Assembly (NCBI GenBank): GCA_964441565.1
Contig: CAYTWW010000004.1
Span: 35,407 to 99,406 of the forward strand
DNA: 64,000 nt
Direction of reading: 5' to 3'
Source of the DNA: an uncultured Methanosarcinales archaeon
Lineage (GTDB): Archaea > Nanobdellota > Nanobdellia > Woesearchaeales > GW2011-AR15
Below the pieces are notes generated by a model. That model was not told where the DNA came from. It made no database searches and saw nothing but the letters and a program-made list of their open reading frames with translations. The position numbers were made by a program, and so were the translations under genes. Position 1 is the stretch's first letter. The number at the start of each line of letters is the position of its first letter. This document shows positions 20,661-29,893 of this stretch, piece after piece.

Positions 20661-22535
20661 CTATCTTGATTGGCCGAACGCCTTGAACCTCTGTCCTCCA
20701 CCCTTGAAGAACTTGCCGAAGAACTCCACATAATGGAGCCTCAGGCTGTGGAGGAATGGGCTAAGTATGCCCAGCGCGATATTTATAATGTGTCCTATCA
20801 CAAGCACGAAGATGCCGATCACTATGCCAGGTCCGCCTGAATGGAACAGTTCGCCTGACAGATCATTGACGACGACAGCCAGGGAGACTGATGCGAGGCC
20901 GACTGCCATGAGCCGAGCATATGAAAGGATGTTGCTTAGTATTCCAGGAAGCTCTAGCGCTCCTCTTATGCCTTCGCCTAGGATTATGAGGACAATCGCC
21001 ACAGCTGAGATTGCTATGAGCGGTATCATCGGAGGGACTATGAGGCTCGCGATCTGCCCATATTGCCCAGACAGGACCCCCAGGTTGCCCAGAAGCCAGA
21101 TCAGGAGCGGAGTGAGGAGCAGCCATCCAGCTTTCTCCATCACCGCATGCTTCAGCCCATGATGCCTGTATATGTTCACAAAACCGATGATATGCCCGAT
21201 CATCACATGGACGATACCGATCAGGACAGACAAAGTGAGCAGGTCAGTTATCTGGTGGGACCTTGATAGGAGATGGGGGAAGTGTATCGTCTCATGCCCA
21301 AGCTCGATCTCCTCAAGTCCGAATGCCTCTCCGAAGACCATGCCGAAGACAATGGTCGACAAGGATGCTATCATCAATGCATCCAGTATCATCCTTGCTC
21401 CTGGCATCTTCTTCTTCAGGAAGAAGAACAGGCCTAGAGTTATGATCCCGTATCCTACATCTCCCAGCATGAATCCGAAGAATATAGGGAAAGTCAGGAA
21501 CATGAAGAACGTCGGATCTATCTCTCCGTATCTGGGAAGCGTGTAGAGGTCCATGAAGAACCTGAATGGTTCCACAAGCTTCGGATGGTTGAGGGACACC
21601 GGAGCCTCCTCATGCACCTCCTCTGCCTGGATGTCGATCTTCCCTTTCGCGCTCTTCATTAGACGCTCCGTCATCCCTCTTACCTTTGCTGTCGGGACAT
21701 AGCCTCTTATTATGAATGTGTTCTCTGATGTCGCGAACCTGAGAGGCGCTTCTGCTATCTCGTTCTTGATTGTTGCCATCCTCTCAGCTGAGACAAGCAT
21801 GCTCCTGTTGGCTTTGGAAAGGTCTGACAGCTGCTTCTTTATCCTATCAAGCTCTGACTGAGCCCTCTCTGCGGAATCTCCCAGTTTCCTGTGCCTGAGC
21901 CCCGGAGTGCCTTTGATCTTGTACTGCTCCCTGATATATGGCACTTCTATCGGAATAAAATCTGCTGACTGGAGGAGCTTCTCTGCTTTCTCCTTCCTCC
22001 CTTTATCGACAAACAGGGCGAGGGCATATATCCCTTCTACCTTCTCTTCTGCATATGCCGCCTTCCTGAGGGCGGAGTCAACTTCCTCGCCTATGCTTCT
22101 CCTCGCATAGCCAATATAATATAGAGGGAAGCCAGGAAGCTCAAGATTGAGCGCCTTGAGGCTTGCCTGCTGCTTCTTAGGGCTGAGCAGATGGATGGCC
22201 TTCTCATGGAATCCCTTGCGCTCGACAAGCTCCAGGACCTTGGGATATAGTTCATCTGCTCTTTTCCTGGCTTCCTCCAGGGTGATATCCTTCTCCATCT
22301 CGCCAGGCTTTATGCTGAGATAGGACATCAGCGTCCTGAGCCTCACAAGGAGCGTCGATACCTCCTCATTGTCAAGGAACGGCCGGCCCAGATCGAACAG
22401 GTCCTCCCCCTCTTCCTTTGAGTAGTCGACTATATGGAACTGGCTCTGGCGGTGCAGCTCCTCGATCACTTCCCTCATCGCGCTTTTTGCGCCGACAAGA
22501 GTGACCTTTGACATGCGTTCAGGCTGTATCATCAT
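20661..22535 (-). CDS. atpI: A1AO ATP synthase subunit I (a-subunit, membrane stator)
   Basis: 624 aa. The N-terminal half is soluble and the C-terminal half is polytopic (…RLMAVGLASVSLAVVVN…). Confidence 0.9.
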   Translation of the reverse strand: MMIQPERMSKVTLVGAKSAMREVIEELHRQSQFHIVDYSKEEGEDLFDLGRPFLDNEEVSTLLVRLRTLMSYLSIKPGEMEKDITLEEARKRADELYPKVLELVERKGFHEKAIHLLSPKKQQASLKALNLELPGFPLYYIGYARRSIGEEVDSALRKAAYAEEKVEGIYALALFVDKGRKEKAEKLLQSADFIPIEVPYIREQYKIKGTPGLRHRKLGDSAERAQSELDRIKKQLSDLSKANRSMLVSAERMATIKNEIAEAPLRFATSENTFIIRGYVPTAKVRGMTERLMKSAKGKIDIQAEEVHEEAPVSLNHPKLVEPFRFFMDLYTLPRYGEIDPTFFMFLTFPIFFGFMLGDVGYGIITLGLFFFLKKKMPGARMILDALMIASLSTIVFGMVFGEAFGLEEIELGHETIHFPHLLSRSHQITDLLTLSVLIGIVHVMIGHIIGFVNIYRHHGLKHAVMEKAGWLLLTPLLIWLLGNLGVLSGQYGQIASLIVPPMIPLIAISAVAIVLIILGEGIRGALELPGILSNILSYARLMAVGLASVSLAVVVNDLSGELFHSGGPGIVIGIFVLVIGHIINIALGILSPFLHSLRLHYVEFFGKFFKGGGQRFKAFGQSR

Positions 22536-22855
22536 GCATCACCTATGATTTCCTCAAGCTTCTGCATGATGAGATCTGAGGCTTTCTTCCTGTTCACCCT
22601 GGCGCTCTGTTCCAGCGCCCTCTGGCTTTCTTTTGCCTTCTCCATCCTTTTCTGCATCTCAGCCTCAGCCGAAGCCTTCTCCTTCGCAAGGTAATCTTCT
22701 GCATCCCTCTCTGCCGTGATCCTCTCGTTTGCCAGCTGCATTGAGGCCTCCTCCTTGGCGCGCGAGATCATCTCTTCTTTCTGTTGCAAGGCAGATCTCT
22801 CGATATCGCTCGCCTGCTTCTCTACTTCTCTTATCTTCAGGACAGTATCTTCCAT
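22532..22855 (-). CDS. atpH: A1AO ATP synthase subunit H
   Basis: 107 aa charged coiled coil. First gene of the operon. Confidence 0.75.
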   Translation of the reverse strand: MEDTVLKIREVEKQASDIERSALQQKEEMISRAKEEASMQLANERITAERDAEDYLAKEKASAEAEMQKRMEKAKESQRALEQSARVNRKKASDLIMQKLEEIIGDA

Positions 22856-23740
22856 CTAATCTACCTTGTTTGTTATATGCCAGTCTGATAGTATCTCAGC
22901 GATGTGGTCCAGAAGGCCGATTATCCTCTCACGATAGAATGTCTTCGTGTCAGTCACCTCGACCTTCTCGAATCTTGAGACCTCCTTGATGAAGGAGACC
23001 ACATAGTTCTGGTCTATGTTTGCTATCGTCTCTTCCAGATGCTTCATCACAAGGAACACATCATCCAGGAGCTTGTCTGTCTTCTCGAGCCTGATGATAT
23101 CATCGGTAAGCTGTTCCAGCGTCCTTGAGATGAGTCCGATATAGAACAACTCGATATGCTTGAGCTTCGAATCCCTCCTGTACATGAATGAGCTGATGAT
23201 AGCCTTGTGGATCAGGAGATTGCTCTTATCTATCTCTTCCTCATATCTTGAGATGAGTTCTGGCAGCTCCCCCTGCTTTATGAGCGTGATTATGCTCTTT
23301 ATCTTCCTTATCATGTTGCCCAGAAGCAGGTCTGGGTCTCGTAGCGATATCGATGTCTGGCAGGTGATCTTGTTCTCGTCGAAATCCACGAGCTCGAGTC
23401 CTCCGAGGAGCTTCTTGTGCTCAAGTATCTGCTCAGCTGAGAGAGACTTCGGAAGAGTTATCTCGAAGCTCCTGACAGGGTTGATGAAGGTCGCGATGAT
23501 GATCTTATTGATCACATCCTGGCTCTTCTCTGACAGGTCCATCTTCAGGCTTGCCTGCTGCTTGGCCGCAAGCTTCGGGTGGATCATCAGATCCCCTCTT
23601 GTGTTCTTCTCCAGCGCTACTACAGAATCGGTCGTGATATTATGTTCCCTGCACCAGTTCGCAGGAAGATAGACATAATGGGTGGATCCTGATCTCTGGA
23701 CCTTTCTCGTCTCCATGATGCCGGGAAAACCGCTTACCAT
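22856..23740 (-). CDS. Putative transcription regulator with N-terminal AbrB/SpoVT-type swapped-hairpin domain and PhoU-like helical C-terminal domain
   Basis: …TRKVQRSGSTHYVYLPANWCREHNITTDSVVALE… resembles AbrB/MazE DNA-binding folds. The stop abuts the atpH start codon, and a TATA-like ATTTATATATGG lies upstream at ~23750-23760. Confidence 0.45.
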   Translation of the reverse strand: MVSGFPGIMETRKVQRSGSTHYVYLPANWCREHNITTDSVVALEKNTRGDLMIHPKLAAKQQASLKMDLSEKSQDVINKIIIATFINPVRSFEITLPKSLSAEQILEHKKLLGGLELVDFDENKITCQTSISLRDPDLLLGNMIRKIKSIITLIKQGELPELISRYEEEIDKSNLLIHKAIISSFMYRRDSKLKHIELFYIGLISRTLEQLTDDIIRLEKTDKLLDDVFLVMKHLEETIANIDQNYVVSFIKEVSRFEKVEVTDTKTFYRERIIGLLDHIAEILSDWHITNKVD

Positions 23741-23811
23741 ATATAAATCTATTTACACTACCTATATCTACTGAAACCAATTTGCCCCTATCTTGGATAG
23801 GCTCATTTCAA

Positions 23812-23826
23812 AATTTATTTATACCC
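23812..23826 (+). promoter_or_regulatory. TATA-like box (AAATTTATTTATACC) ~30 bp upstream of the GalE-like gene
   Basis: Followed by a GGTGA RBS and the ATG at 23856. Confidence 0.35.
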
Positions 23827-23855
23827 CCTTCTATTCAAGAGGCAAAGGTGATATC

Positions 23856-24770
23856 ATGAGGATACTTCTTACCGGCGGAGCCGGTTTCATCGGCAGCAAT
23901 CTCACAGACGAGCTGATCTCTAAAGGCCATGAAGTCATCGTGGTCGATGACCTTTCTTCTGGAAAGCAGAAGAACCTGAATCCAAAAGCCAGGTTCTACC
24001 AGATGGACCTGAGGGACCCAAGGCTTTCAGAGGTATTCGAGAAGCATAAGCCAGACATTGTCAACAATCATGCTGCCCAGATCTCTGTCACAAACTCTGT
24101 CTCTGATCCTATCAAGGATGCTGAGATAAATATAATCGGACTTCTGAACGTGCTGAAGAACGCAAAAGAATATGGTGCAAAGAAAGTCATCTCTGTGAGC
24201 TCAGGAGGAGTTGTCTACGGAGAACCACCGCTCCCTGCCAGGGAGGATATGCCCTTCGATCCTCTATCCCCATACGGAATAAGCAAGACCACAGGAGAAT
24301 TCTACCTGAGGTTCTACAGCAAGGTCCACGGCCTCAGATACACAATATTTCGCTACAGCAATGTCTTCGGCCCGAGACAGGATCCCCATGGCGAGGCAGG
24401 AGTGATCGCGATATTCTCACGGCTCATGCTCAAAGGGAACCAGCCCAAGATCTTCGGCACAGGAGAGGCGCAGAGGGACTACGTGTATGTGAAGGATGTC
24501 GTGAACGCAAACATCCTGGCCATGGAGATGGGAGACCAGGAGGCATTCAATATCGGCACAGGCACCCCTACTTCTGTGAACGAATTATTCAGGAAGCTGA
24601 AGGCAGCGACCGGATATAAGGGAGAAGCCAAGTACGAACCTGAGAGGCCAGGAGAACTGATGAAGAACTACCTGGATGCGAGCAAGGCCAAGGCGATCCT
24701 GGGCTGGCAGCCAAAGTATTCCCTGGAGGACGGCCTGAAGGAGACAGTCGAATACTTCAGGAACGAATAG
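23856..24770 (+). CDS. NAD-dependent epimerase/dehydratase (UDP-sugar 4-epimerase GalE-like, SDR family)
   Basis: MRILLTGGAGFIGSNLTDELISKGHEVIVVDDLSSG (GxxGxxG Rossmann), …SPYGISK… with the YxxxK catalytic motif. Confidence 0.85.
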   Translation: MRILLTGGAGFIGSNLTDELISKGHEVIVVDDLSSGKQKNLNPKARFYQMDLRDPRLSEVFEKHKPDIVNNHAAQISVTNSVSDPIKDAEINIIGLLNVLKNAKEYGAKKVISVSSGGVVYGEPPLPAREDMPFDPLSPYGISKTTGEFYLRFYSKVHGLRYTIFRYSNVFGPRQDPHGEAGVIAIFSRLMLKGNQPKIFGTGEAQRDYVYVKDVVNANILAMEMGDQEAFNIGTGTPTSVNELFRKLKAATGYKGEAKYEPERPGELMKNYLDASKAKAILGWQPKYSLEDGLKETVEYFRNE

Positions 24771-25049
24771 ATCTTCAATTTTTCTTGTTGTATAATTCTG
24801 CTTCAGTTCCATGGACTCATTCCATCAAACTGGAACACAATCTTTGGACACTCTCACTTGGAAGTCTGGATCCAAGGATCTCAAGATTCTTCGAACTTGC
24901 ACTTTTGAAAAAAAGAGCAGATATTCAGGCACTAGATATCTTCTGTTTCCTTGGATGCTTCTTATGCAAAGTGACAACCGATCATCCAACTTTTCATATC
25001 ATTACCGAGAACCAAGGTTCTCGGTCTCTCCTCGTGTCTGCGAATTTCA

Positions 25050-25445
25050 CCGCAGCTGCACAAAGCAGAATCATCAGGCAAAGCAATCGTGTGCACCTGC
25101 TTTGGAAATTGAGATTTTTTGAGAATCTTAGCATTGTTGGAATCAACAGACCGAAGGCATATCACATCACGCTGATGAATGATGACTTCTACCGCCTATC
25201 TATGGTGACTTGGCTGCCTGGCCATACTGCCTCGCCGACCGCCTGGGCTGAATCTGGACGCATACGCTGCAACGAAAAGCAGCTGCACAAAGCAGAGTAT
25301 CAAGCTGAGCATCTCTTTATCTGCTTTGGAATTCGTCAGTCTTTCGTTATCCTTTGCACTCATTGCAACATCAGACCGGAGGCCATCAAATCCAATTGAT
25401 GAATGATGACTTCTGTCCAGCTTGTCTATGGTCACTTAGGCCACC
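25050..25445. repeat. Two tandem direct-repeat units (~225-bp period) in a ~0.8-kb non-coding region
   Basis: Both units begin with GCAGCTGCACAAAGCAGA (25052, 25279) and end with CAGACCG(A/G)AGGC…TGATGAATGATGACTTCT…CTATGGT(G/C)ACTT(G/A)GG (25147, 25372). The middles have diverged. A perfect hairpin CCGAGAACC-AA-GGTTCTCGG precedes them at ~24997-25016. Confidence 0.6.
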
Positions 25446-25557
25446 TACTCAGCCACCTAGCCTTGCCGACAGCCAGGACTGGACAATATTAGAACAACAT
25501 CCATGAGAATTTCTCGTCCGTGTTCCTCCCCATCATTCTCTCTCATGCCCACCGATA

Positions 25558-25567
25558 GCTATTTAAA
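25558..25567 (+). promoter_or_regulatory. TATA box (CTATTTAAATG) 25 bp upstream of rpl10e ATG
   Basis: Leaderless-type spacing. Confidence 0.4.
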
Positions 25568-25590
25568 TGCCTGCAATTTTCATTGCCCCC

Positions 25591-26112
25591 ATGGCAAGAT
25601 TACGAAGCTTCATCGCATACAGGAAACTCGACAGACCATATACGAGGAAGTCCAAGTTCAGGAAAAAATCCTTCATAAGGGCCAATCCTCACTGCAAGGT
25701 CATCAAGTTCGATCTCGGTAACACAAGCGGCACATTCACACACAGGCTTGATCTCGTCTCCAAAGAGGCGCTCCAGATCAGGGATAACGCCCTCGAATCC
25801 GCAAGGCAGTCCATCAACAGGGGACTTGAGAAAAAGCTTGGCAAGGTCAACTATCACCTGAAAGTCAGGTCTTATCCGCATCACATCCTGAGGGAGCATG
25901 CTCTCGCGTCAGGAGCAGGAGCAGATAGGTTCTCGACAGGTATGGCTGGATCATTCGGCAAGCCTGCTGGTATCGCTGCAAGGATGAAGGCCGGACAGGC
26001 AATCATGTCATGCTATGTCAACGAGGATTTCATCAAGATGGCTAGGGCATCCATGATCAGGGGAAAATACAAGCTTCCCTGCCAGTGCCAGATTGTCGAG
26101 AACAAGCTTTGA
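25591..26112 (+). CDS. rpl10e: 50S ribosomal protein L10e (uL16)
   Basis: MARLRSFIAYRKLDRPYTRKSKFRKKSFIRANPHCKVIKFDLGN… is the archaeal L10e N-terminus. The track ORF starts 8 codons earlier at a non-conserved extension. Confidence 0.9.
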   Translation: MARLRSFIAYRKLDRPYTRKSKFRKKSFIRANPHCKVIKFDLGNTSGTFTHRLDLVSKEALQIRDNALESARQSINRGLEKKLGKVNYHLKVRSYPHHILREHALASGAGADRFSTGMAGSFGKPAGIAARMKAGQAIMSCYVNEDFIKMARASMIRGKYKLPCQCQIVENKL

Positions 26113-26332
26113 TTACAACTTGGATTCATATCCTGCAGCATAGTTTCCAAGAGCAAACTTTAATTTGCCGTTTAGCAAATTAAGCGATTCATGACACAAG
26201 TTGTAATCTCAGAAATTCCGGTCATGTAGGAATTTCTTTTGATTAAGATTCATTTCTGATTTATTCTGTTATTATTGAAATCCTTCACTTTTTACATATA
26301 TTGCTACCCCCAACCTCTAAACAAGAACGGGG

Positions 26333-27148
26333 GTGAATAAAGTGAAAGTTGCTATTGGTGTGATTTTGGCTGCATTGTTTGCCCTGCCTTTTGCAGCAGC
26401 GGGGCTTGAGATAGCTCCCTGGTACCCGCAGGGGAACAGCTACGTGTTTCTGTGCAGTATCCCGGACACGAGTTACGACTGGGACTTTGGTGATGGCGAG
26501 AAGCTGTATGACATAGCAGAGAGTTCGGTCTATCATACCTTCGAATCGCCAGGCACCTATGAAGTGTACTGCGAAGCAGGTGGAGAGAGGCATCTCCTCA
26601 GGGTGAAGGTCGGGACAGAGGAGCTTGTCCCTCCTGTCGATGGCGCATCAGCCAAGGTCAGCATCGCTCCATGGTATCCTCAGGAGAACAGGTATGTCTT
26701 CATCTGCGAGGAGGATGGATTCGAAGCGACAAGCTATGACTGGGATTTTGGAGACGGGCATAAGATCTATGACCTGCCGTTCGACAATGTCTTCCATGAA
26801 TTCTCTTCTGAAGGAGACTACTTGGTGAGCTGTACCGCATCTGACGGATTGACCAGGGTCGGAGCGTCGACGCTCATCGTTGGAGGAATACCTGAAGTCC
26901 CAACTGAGCTATCTGACGTGGAACTGTCTGTGGCTCCATGGTTCCCACAGGGGCTGGATGTCGTCTTCAACTGCGATGCGGGTTTTGATGCAGAGGAGTA
27001 TCTCTTTGAGTTCGGCGATGGAAGCTCGCTTAAGGTGGATTTCGACAACGTATACCACACATTCCCTGCATCAGGCGGATATGAAGTCACATGCACTGCT
27101 AAGAAAGGCGAGATGGTAGGCAAAGACTCTCTATTTGTCGAGGTCTAG
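26333..27148 (+). CDS. Secreted protein with three PKD-domain repeats
   Basis: GTG start after a GGGGGTG RBS. Signal peptide MNKVKVAIGVILAALFALPFAAAG. Three ~85-aa repeats each containing APWYPQ… and the PKD signature YDWDFGDG. Confidence 0.8.
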   Translation: MNKVKVAIGVILAALFALPFAAAGLEIAPWYPQGNSYVFLCSIPDTSYDWDFGDGEKLYDIAESSVYHTFESPGTYEVYCEAGGERHLLRVKVGTEELVPPVDGASAKVSIAPWYPQENRYVFICEEDGFEATSYDWDFGDGHKIYDLPFDNVFHEFSSEGDYLVSCTASDGLTRVGASTLIVGGIPEVPTELSDVELSVAPWFPQGLDVVFNCDAGFDAEEYLFEFGDGSSLKVDFDNVYHTFPASGGYEVTCTAKKGEMVGKDSLFVEV

Positions 27149-28122
27149 TCTCTTTTTTTCTTCTTCTCAGACCATAGCCTCTTGCTGAGCGCATCGATAT
27201 CTGTATAGATCTCTGGATGCTTCTCCCTGAAATCAGAGATTGTCAGCTCCTCCAGGATATCGGTCTTTGATAGGAAGAGGATCACAGGCTTTCCAAGTTC
27301 CATTGTCTTTTCGAGCAGCTTGTCCTGGCTCTCGACAGGATATTCTTCTGTGAGGTCGTAGACATACACGATCTGGTCCGCGAGATGGAGCATGGCCAGA
27401 TGCGCATGCCTCTCGATCGGATTCATCTTCTTGAACCTGTCCAGCGTCCCTGGAGTGTCGATGAGCTGTATCTTGTCCTTGTACTCATCTTCCATGTAGC
27501 CGAGGTTCAGCGATTTTGTCGTGAAAGGATACGCATTGACCTCTGGCTTGGCAGAAGTCAGCTTCGACAGCAGAGTCGATTTTCCGACATTAGGGAACCC
27601 TGCGATGCAGACAGTGAACATCTTTGTCTTTATCGATGGGAAGCCCTTCATCGCTTTCCTTGTCTCTTCCAGATACTCAAGGTTCTTCTTGATCTGCTTG
27701 AGGAGGCTTGCTACCCTGCCATAATATTCCTTCCTGAACCTGTTGATGACCTTGACATCCTCGGTCTTCACAATCTTCTTATGATAGATCTTGTGGAAAT
27801 CAGATATCTTCCCCTCGCACCACTTGACTGCTCCCAGGCTCTTCTTGAGAAGCGGATAATCCAGCGTGGTCTTTATCAGGTCTGTGTAGAATGGATCCAG
27901 CTTGTCGATCTCTGGGTAAGCGGTGAGGATATTCATCAGCTTCTCAGAGAGCGTGTCCCTGACAACGCCTATCTTCATCAGCTCGACACGCTTCGCTTTT
28001 CTCAGAGGATCGTCCTTCTTCTTCTTCGATCTCTCCTCATCAGACCTCTTCTTCGCCCTGCTATAGGCAAGGTCTAGGAAGAAGTCCGGCCCTTCGATAG
28101 TCTTGAGATCCTGGAAGTTCAT
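27145..28122 (-). CDS. NOG1-family GTP-binding protein (archaeal nucleolar GTPase 1 homologue)
   Basis: Internal start MNFQDLKTIEGPDFFLDLAYSRA (NOG1 N-terminal domain), G1 GFPNVGKSTLLSKLT, G3 DTPG. A TTTAAATA box lies ~25 bp upstream (28145-28152, minus strand). Confidence 0.8.
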   Translation of the reverse strand: MNFQDLKTIEGPDFFLDLAYSRAKKRSDEERSKKKKDDPLRKAKRVELMKIGVVRDTLSEKLMNILTAYPEIDKLDPFYTDLIKTTLDYPLLKKSLGAVKWCEGKISDFHKIYHKKIVKTEDVKVINRFRKEYYGRVASLLKQIKKNLEYLEETRKAMKGFPSIKTKMFTVCIAGFPNVGKSTLLSKLTSAKPEVNAYPFTTKSLNLGYMEDEYKDKIQLIDTPGTLDRFKKMNPIERHAHLAMLHLADQIVYVYDLTEEYPVESQDKLLEKTMELGKPVILFLSKTDILEELTISDFREKHPEIYTDIDALSKRLWSEKKKKRD

Positions 28123-28204
28123 ATCGAGAAGGAATCCACCTGCCTTTAAATAGGTTGGTAATAGGACTAGGAAATGTCGAAATCTGAGATTATATATCGT
28201 TGCA

Positions 28205-28410
28205 GACTTTACCAAGGTTCCGATTGCTAGCAATCTCGCTGATCGGAATTAGACAACGTCGTTAAGTTTTTCCAGTTCTCTTTTTTAAGGCTGTCACCCG
28301 AATGTGGAGCTAGTAAAAAGAGATTTTCAGGACGAGAAAAGACGAACGACTTTTTTTAACTCCATCACTGCACAAATAGCTTGATAGGGGAGCCTCTGGT
28401 GCTTCTTCTT
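28205..28410. repeat. Copy B of the dispersed composite intergenic repeat (reverse orientation relative to copies A/D)
   Basis: …GATCGGAATTAGACAACGTCGTTAAGTTTTTCCAGTTCTCTTTTTT-loop-AAAAAGAGATTTTCAGGACGAGAAAAGACG…CACTGCACAAATAGCTTGATAGGGGAGCCTCTGGTGCTTC aligns to the reverse complement of 48725-48925. Confidence 0.75.
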
Positions 28411-28494
28411 TGAATAATCTCACTGCTTTGACTTACCATAAAAACATTGCATACTCTCCTTTTCATTGAATCATATCGTCCCTCTCCCCCAAAA

Positions 28495-28505
28495 CTATAA
28501 ATACC
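28495..28505 (+). promoter_or_regulatory. TATA box (CTATAAATACC) ~25 bp upstream of the MFS gene ATG
   Basis: Canonical spacing to the ATG at 28526. Confidence 0.35.
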
Positions 28506-28525
28506 GTCTCCCCAACCGCAACTGC

Positions 28526-29872
28526 ATGAAGAAGGAACAGAAGATCAAGGATTCGCTACGCTACAGCATCCTCGATGGCATCTTCTACTCATCGATGGTC
28601 GGCTTTGGAGAATCTTTCTTCTCAGCATTCGCTGTCTTCCTCAATGCGACAAGCTTCCAGATAGGACTCATAGGTTCCCTCCCACAGATGTTAGGATCCT
28701 TATCACAGCTTTACAGCAACAAGCTCATGGAACGGATCAAGTCGAGGAAGAGGCTTGTCTCCCTGGGCGCGTTCCTCCAGGGCATCATGTACATCCCAGT
28801 CATACTCACATACTTCTTCGGGGAACTGCGGGTCTTCCACCTCATCCTCTTCGTCAGCTTGTACTGGGTCTTCTCTGCGATAGTATCTCCTGCTTGGAAC
28901 TCATGGATGGGAGACCTTGTCCCCGAGAACGAGAGAGGAAGCTATTTCGGCAGGCGCAACAAGCTTGCAGGCTTCGCAAGCTATATCGGGTTCGTGCTGG
29001 GCGGATTTGTCCTCCAGCGTATATCTCACGCGAACAGGGATGTCTTCATAGGTTTCATCGCCATCTTCAGCATTGCTCTTGTATCCAGGATGGTATCAGT
29101 CAGCTATGTGCTAAAGAAATATGAACCCAGATACAGTCTCCACAAGAAGCTCCAGTTCTCGTTCCTTGATTTCATAAAGAAGGCAGGCTACAACAACTAC
29201 GGCCTTTTCACCATCTTCCTTTCATTGATGAATTTCGCGACTTACATAGCTGCTCCATACTTCGCAGCTTACATGCTCAATGACCTCAGGTTCGACTATC
29301 TGACTTTCACAGTGGTATCGACAATGTCTCTCCTGGTGAAATACATCTCCATGCCTATCTGGGGGAAGGCATCTGATCGCTTCGGTGCGATAAAGGTGCT
29401 GAGCCTGACAGGCTTCTTTGTCCCGACTGTCGCGATACTCTGGATATTCTCAAGGAACTTCTGGTATCTCCTCGCTATCCAGGCCTGGTCAGGATTCATA
29501 TGGGCGGGTTTCGAGCTGTCCAGCTTCAAGTTCATCTATGACACGACCACACCTGAGAAGCGAGCCACCTGTGTCGCTTACTACAATGTCATGAACGGAA
29601 CAGGGATGTTCCTCGGCGCGCTTCTCGGCTCATTCCTCCTGGGTTTCAACACGTTCTTCTGGTCAGATTACCTGTTCATCTTCATGCTGTCCACATTCGC
29701 AAGATTCATACCTGCGATACTCTTCATCCCGAAGCTCAAGGAGGTCAGGAAGGTAGAGGATGTGAAGTACCATGAGCTCTTCTTCAATGTCCTCACGACA
29801 ATGCCGACGATCGGCATCATCTATGATCTGATACCATTGCCCAAGGAGAAGAAGACCAAAAAGCTTTTATAG
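28526..29872 (+). CDS. MFS-type transporter
   Basis: ~12 TM, about 450 aa, typical MFS loop composition. Internal start MKKEQKIKDS… chosen by the TATA spacing. Confidence 0.7.
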   Translation: MKKEQKIKDSLRYSILDGIFYSSMVGFGESFFSAFAVFLNATSFQIGLIGSLPQMLGSLSQLYSNKLMERIKSRKRLVSLGAFLQGIMYIPVILTYFFGELRVFHLILFVSLYWVFSAIVSPAWNSWMGDLVPENERGSYFGRRNKLAGFASYIGFVLGGFVLQRISHANRDVFIGFIAIFSIALVSRMVSVSYVLKKYEPRYSLHKKLQFSFLDFIKKAGYNNYGLFTIFLSLMNFATYIAAPYFAAYMLNDLRFDYLTFTVVSTMSLLVKYISMPIWGKASDRFGAIKVLSLTGFFVPTVAILWIFSRNFWYLLAIQAWSGFIWAGFELSSFKFIYDTTTPEKRATCVAYYNVMNGTGMFLGALLGSFLLGFNTFFWSDYLFIFMLSTFARFIPAILFIPKLKEVRKVEDVKYHELFFNVLTTMPTIGIIYDLIPLPKEKKTKKLL

Positions 29873-29893
29873 TCAGGATATAATTATTCATCT

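Noticed and set aside
25165-25250. Possible C/D-box sRNA (TGATGA…CTGA) inside the tandem repeat
   Set aside because: UGAUGA occurs twice back-to-back rather than as separated C and C' boxes, and the second repeat unit lacks a terminal CUGA. The box spacing does not fit a canonical C/D sRNA.
24785-25399. 204-aa track ORF in the galE-rpl10e spacer
   Set aside because: There are no domain-like features. It spans the tandem repeat units and a perfect hairpin, and its composition is unlike neighbouring genes. The region is better explained as non-coding repeat/ncRNA.
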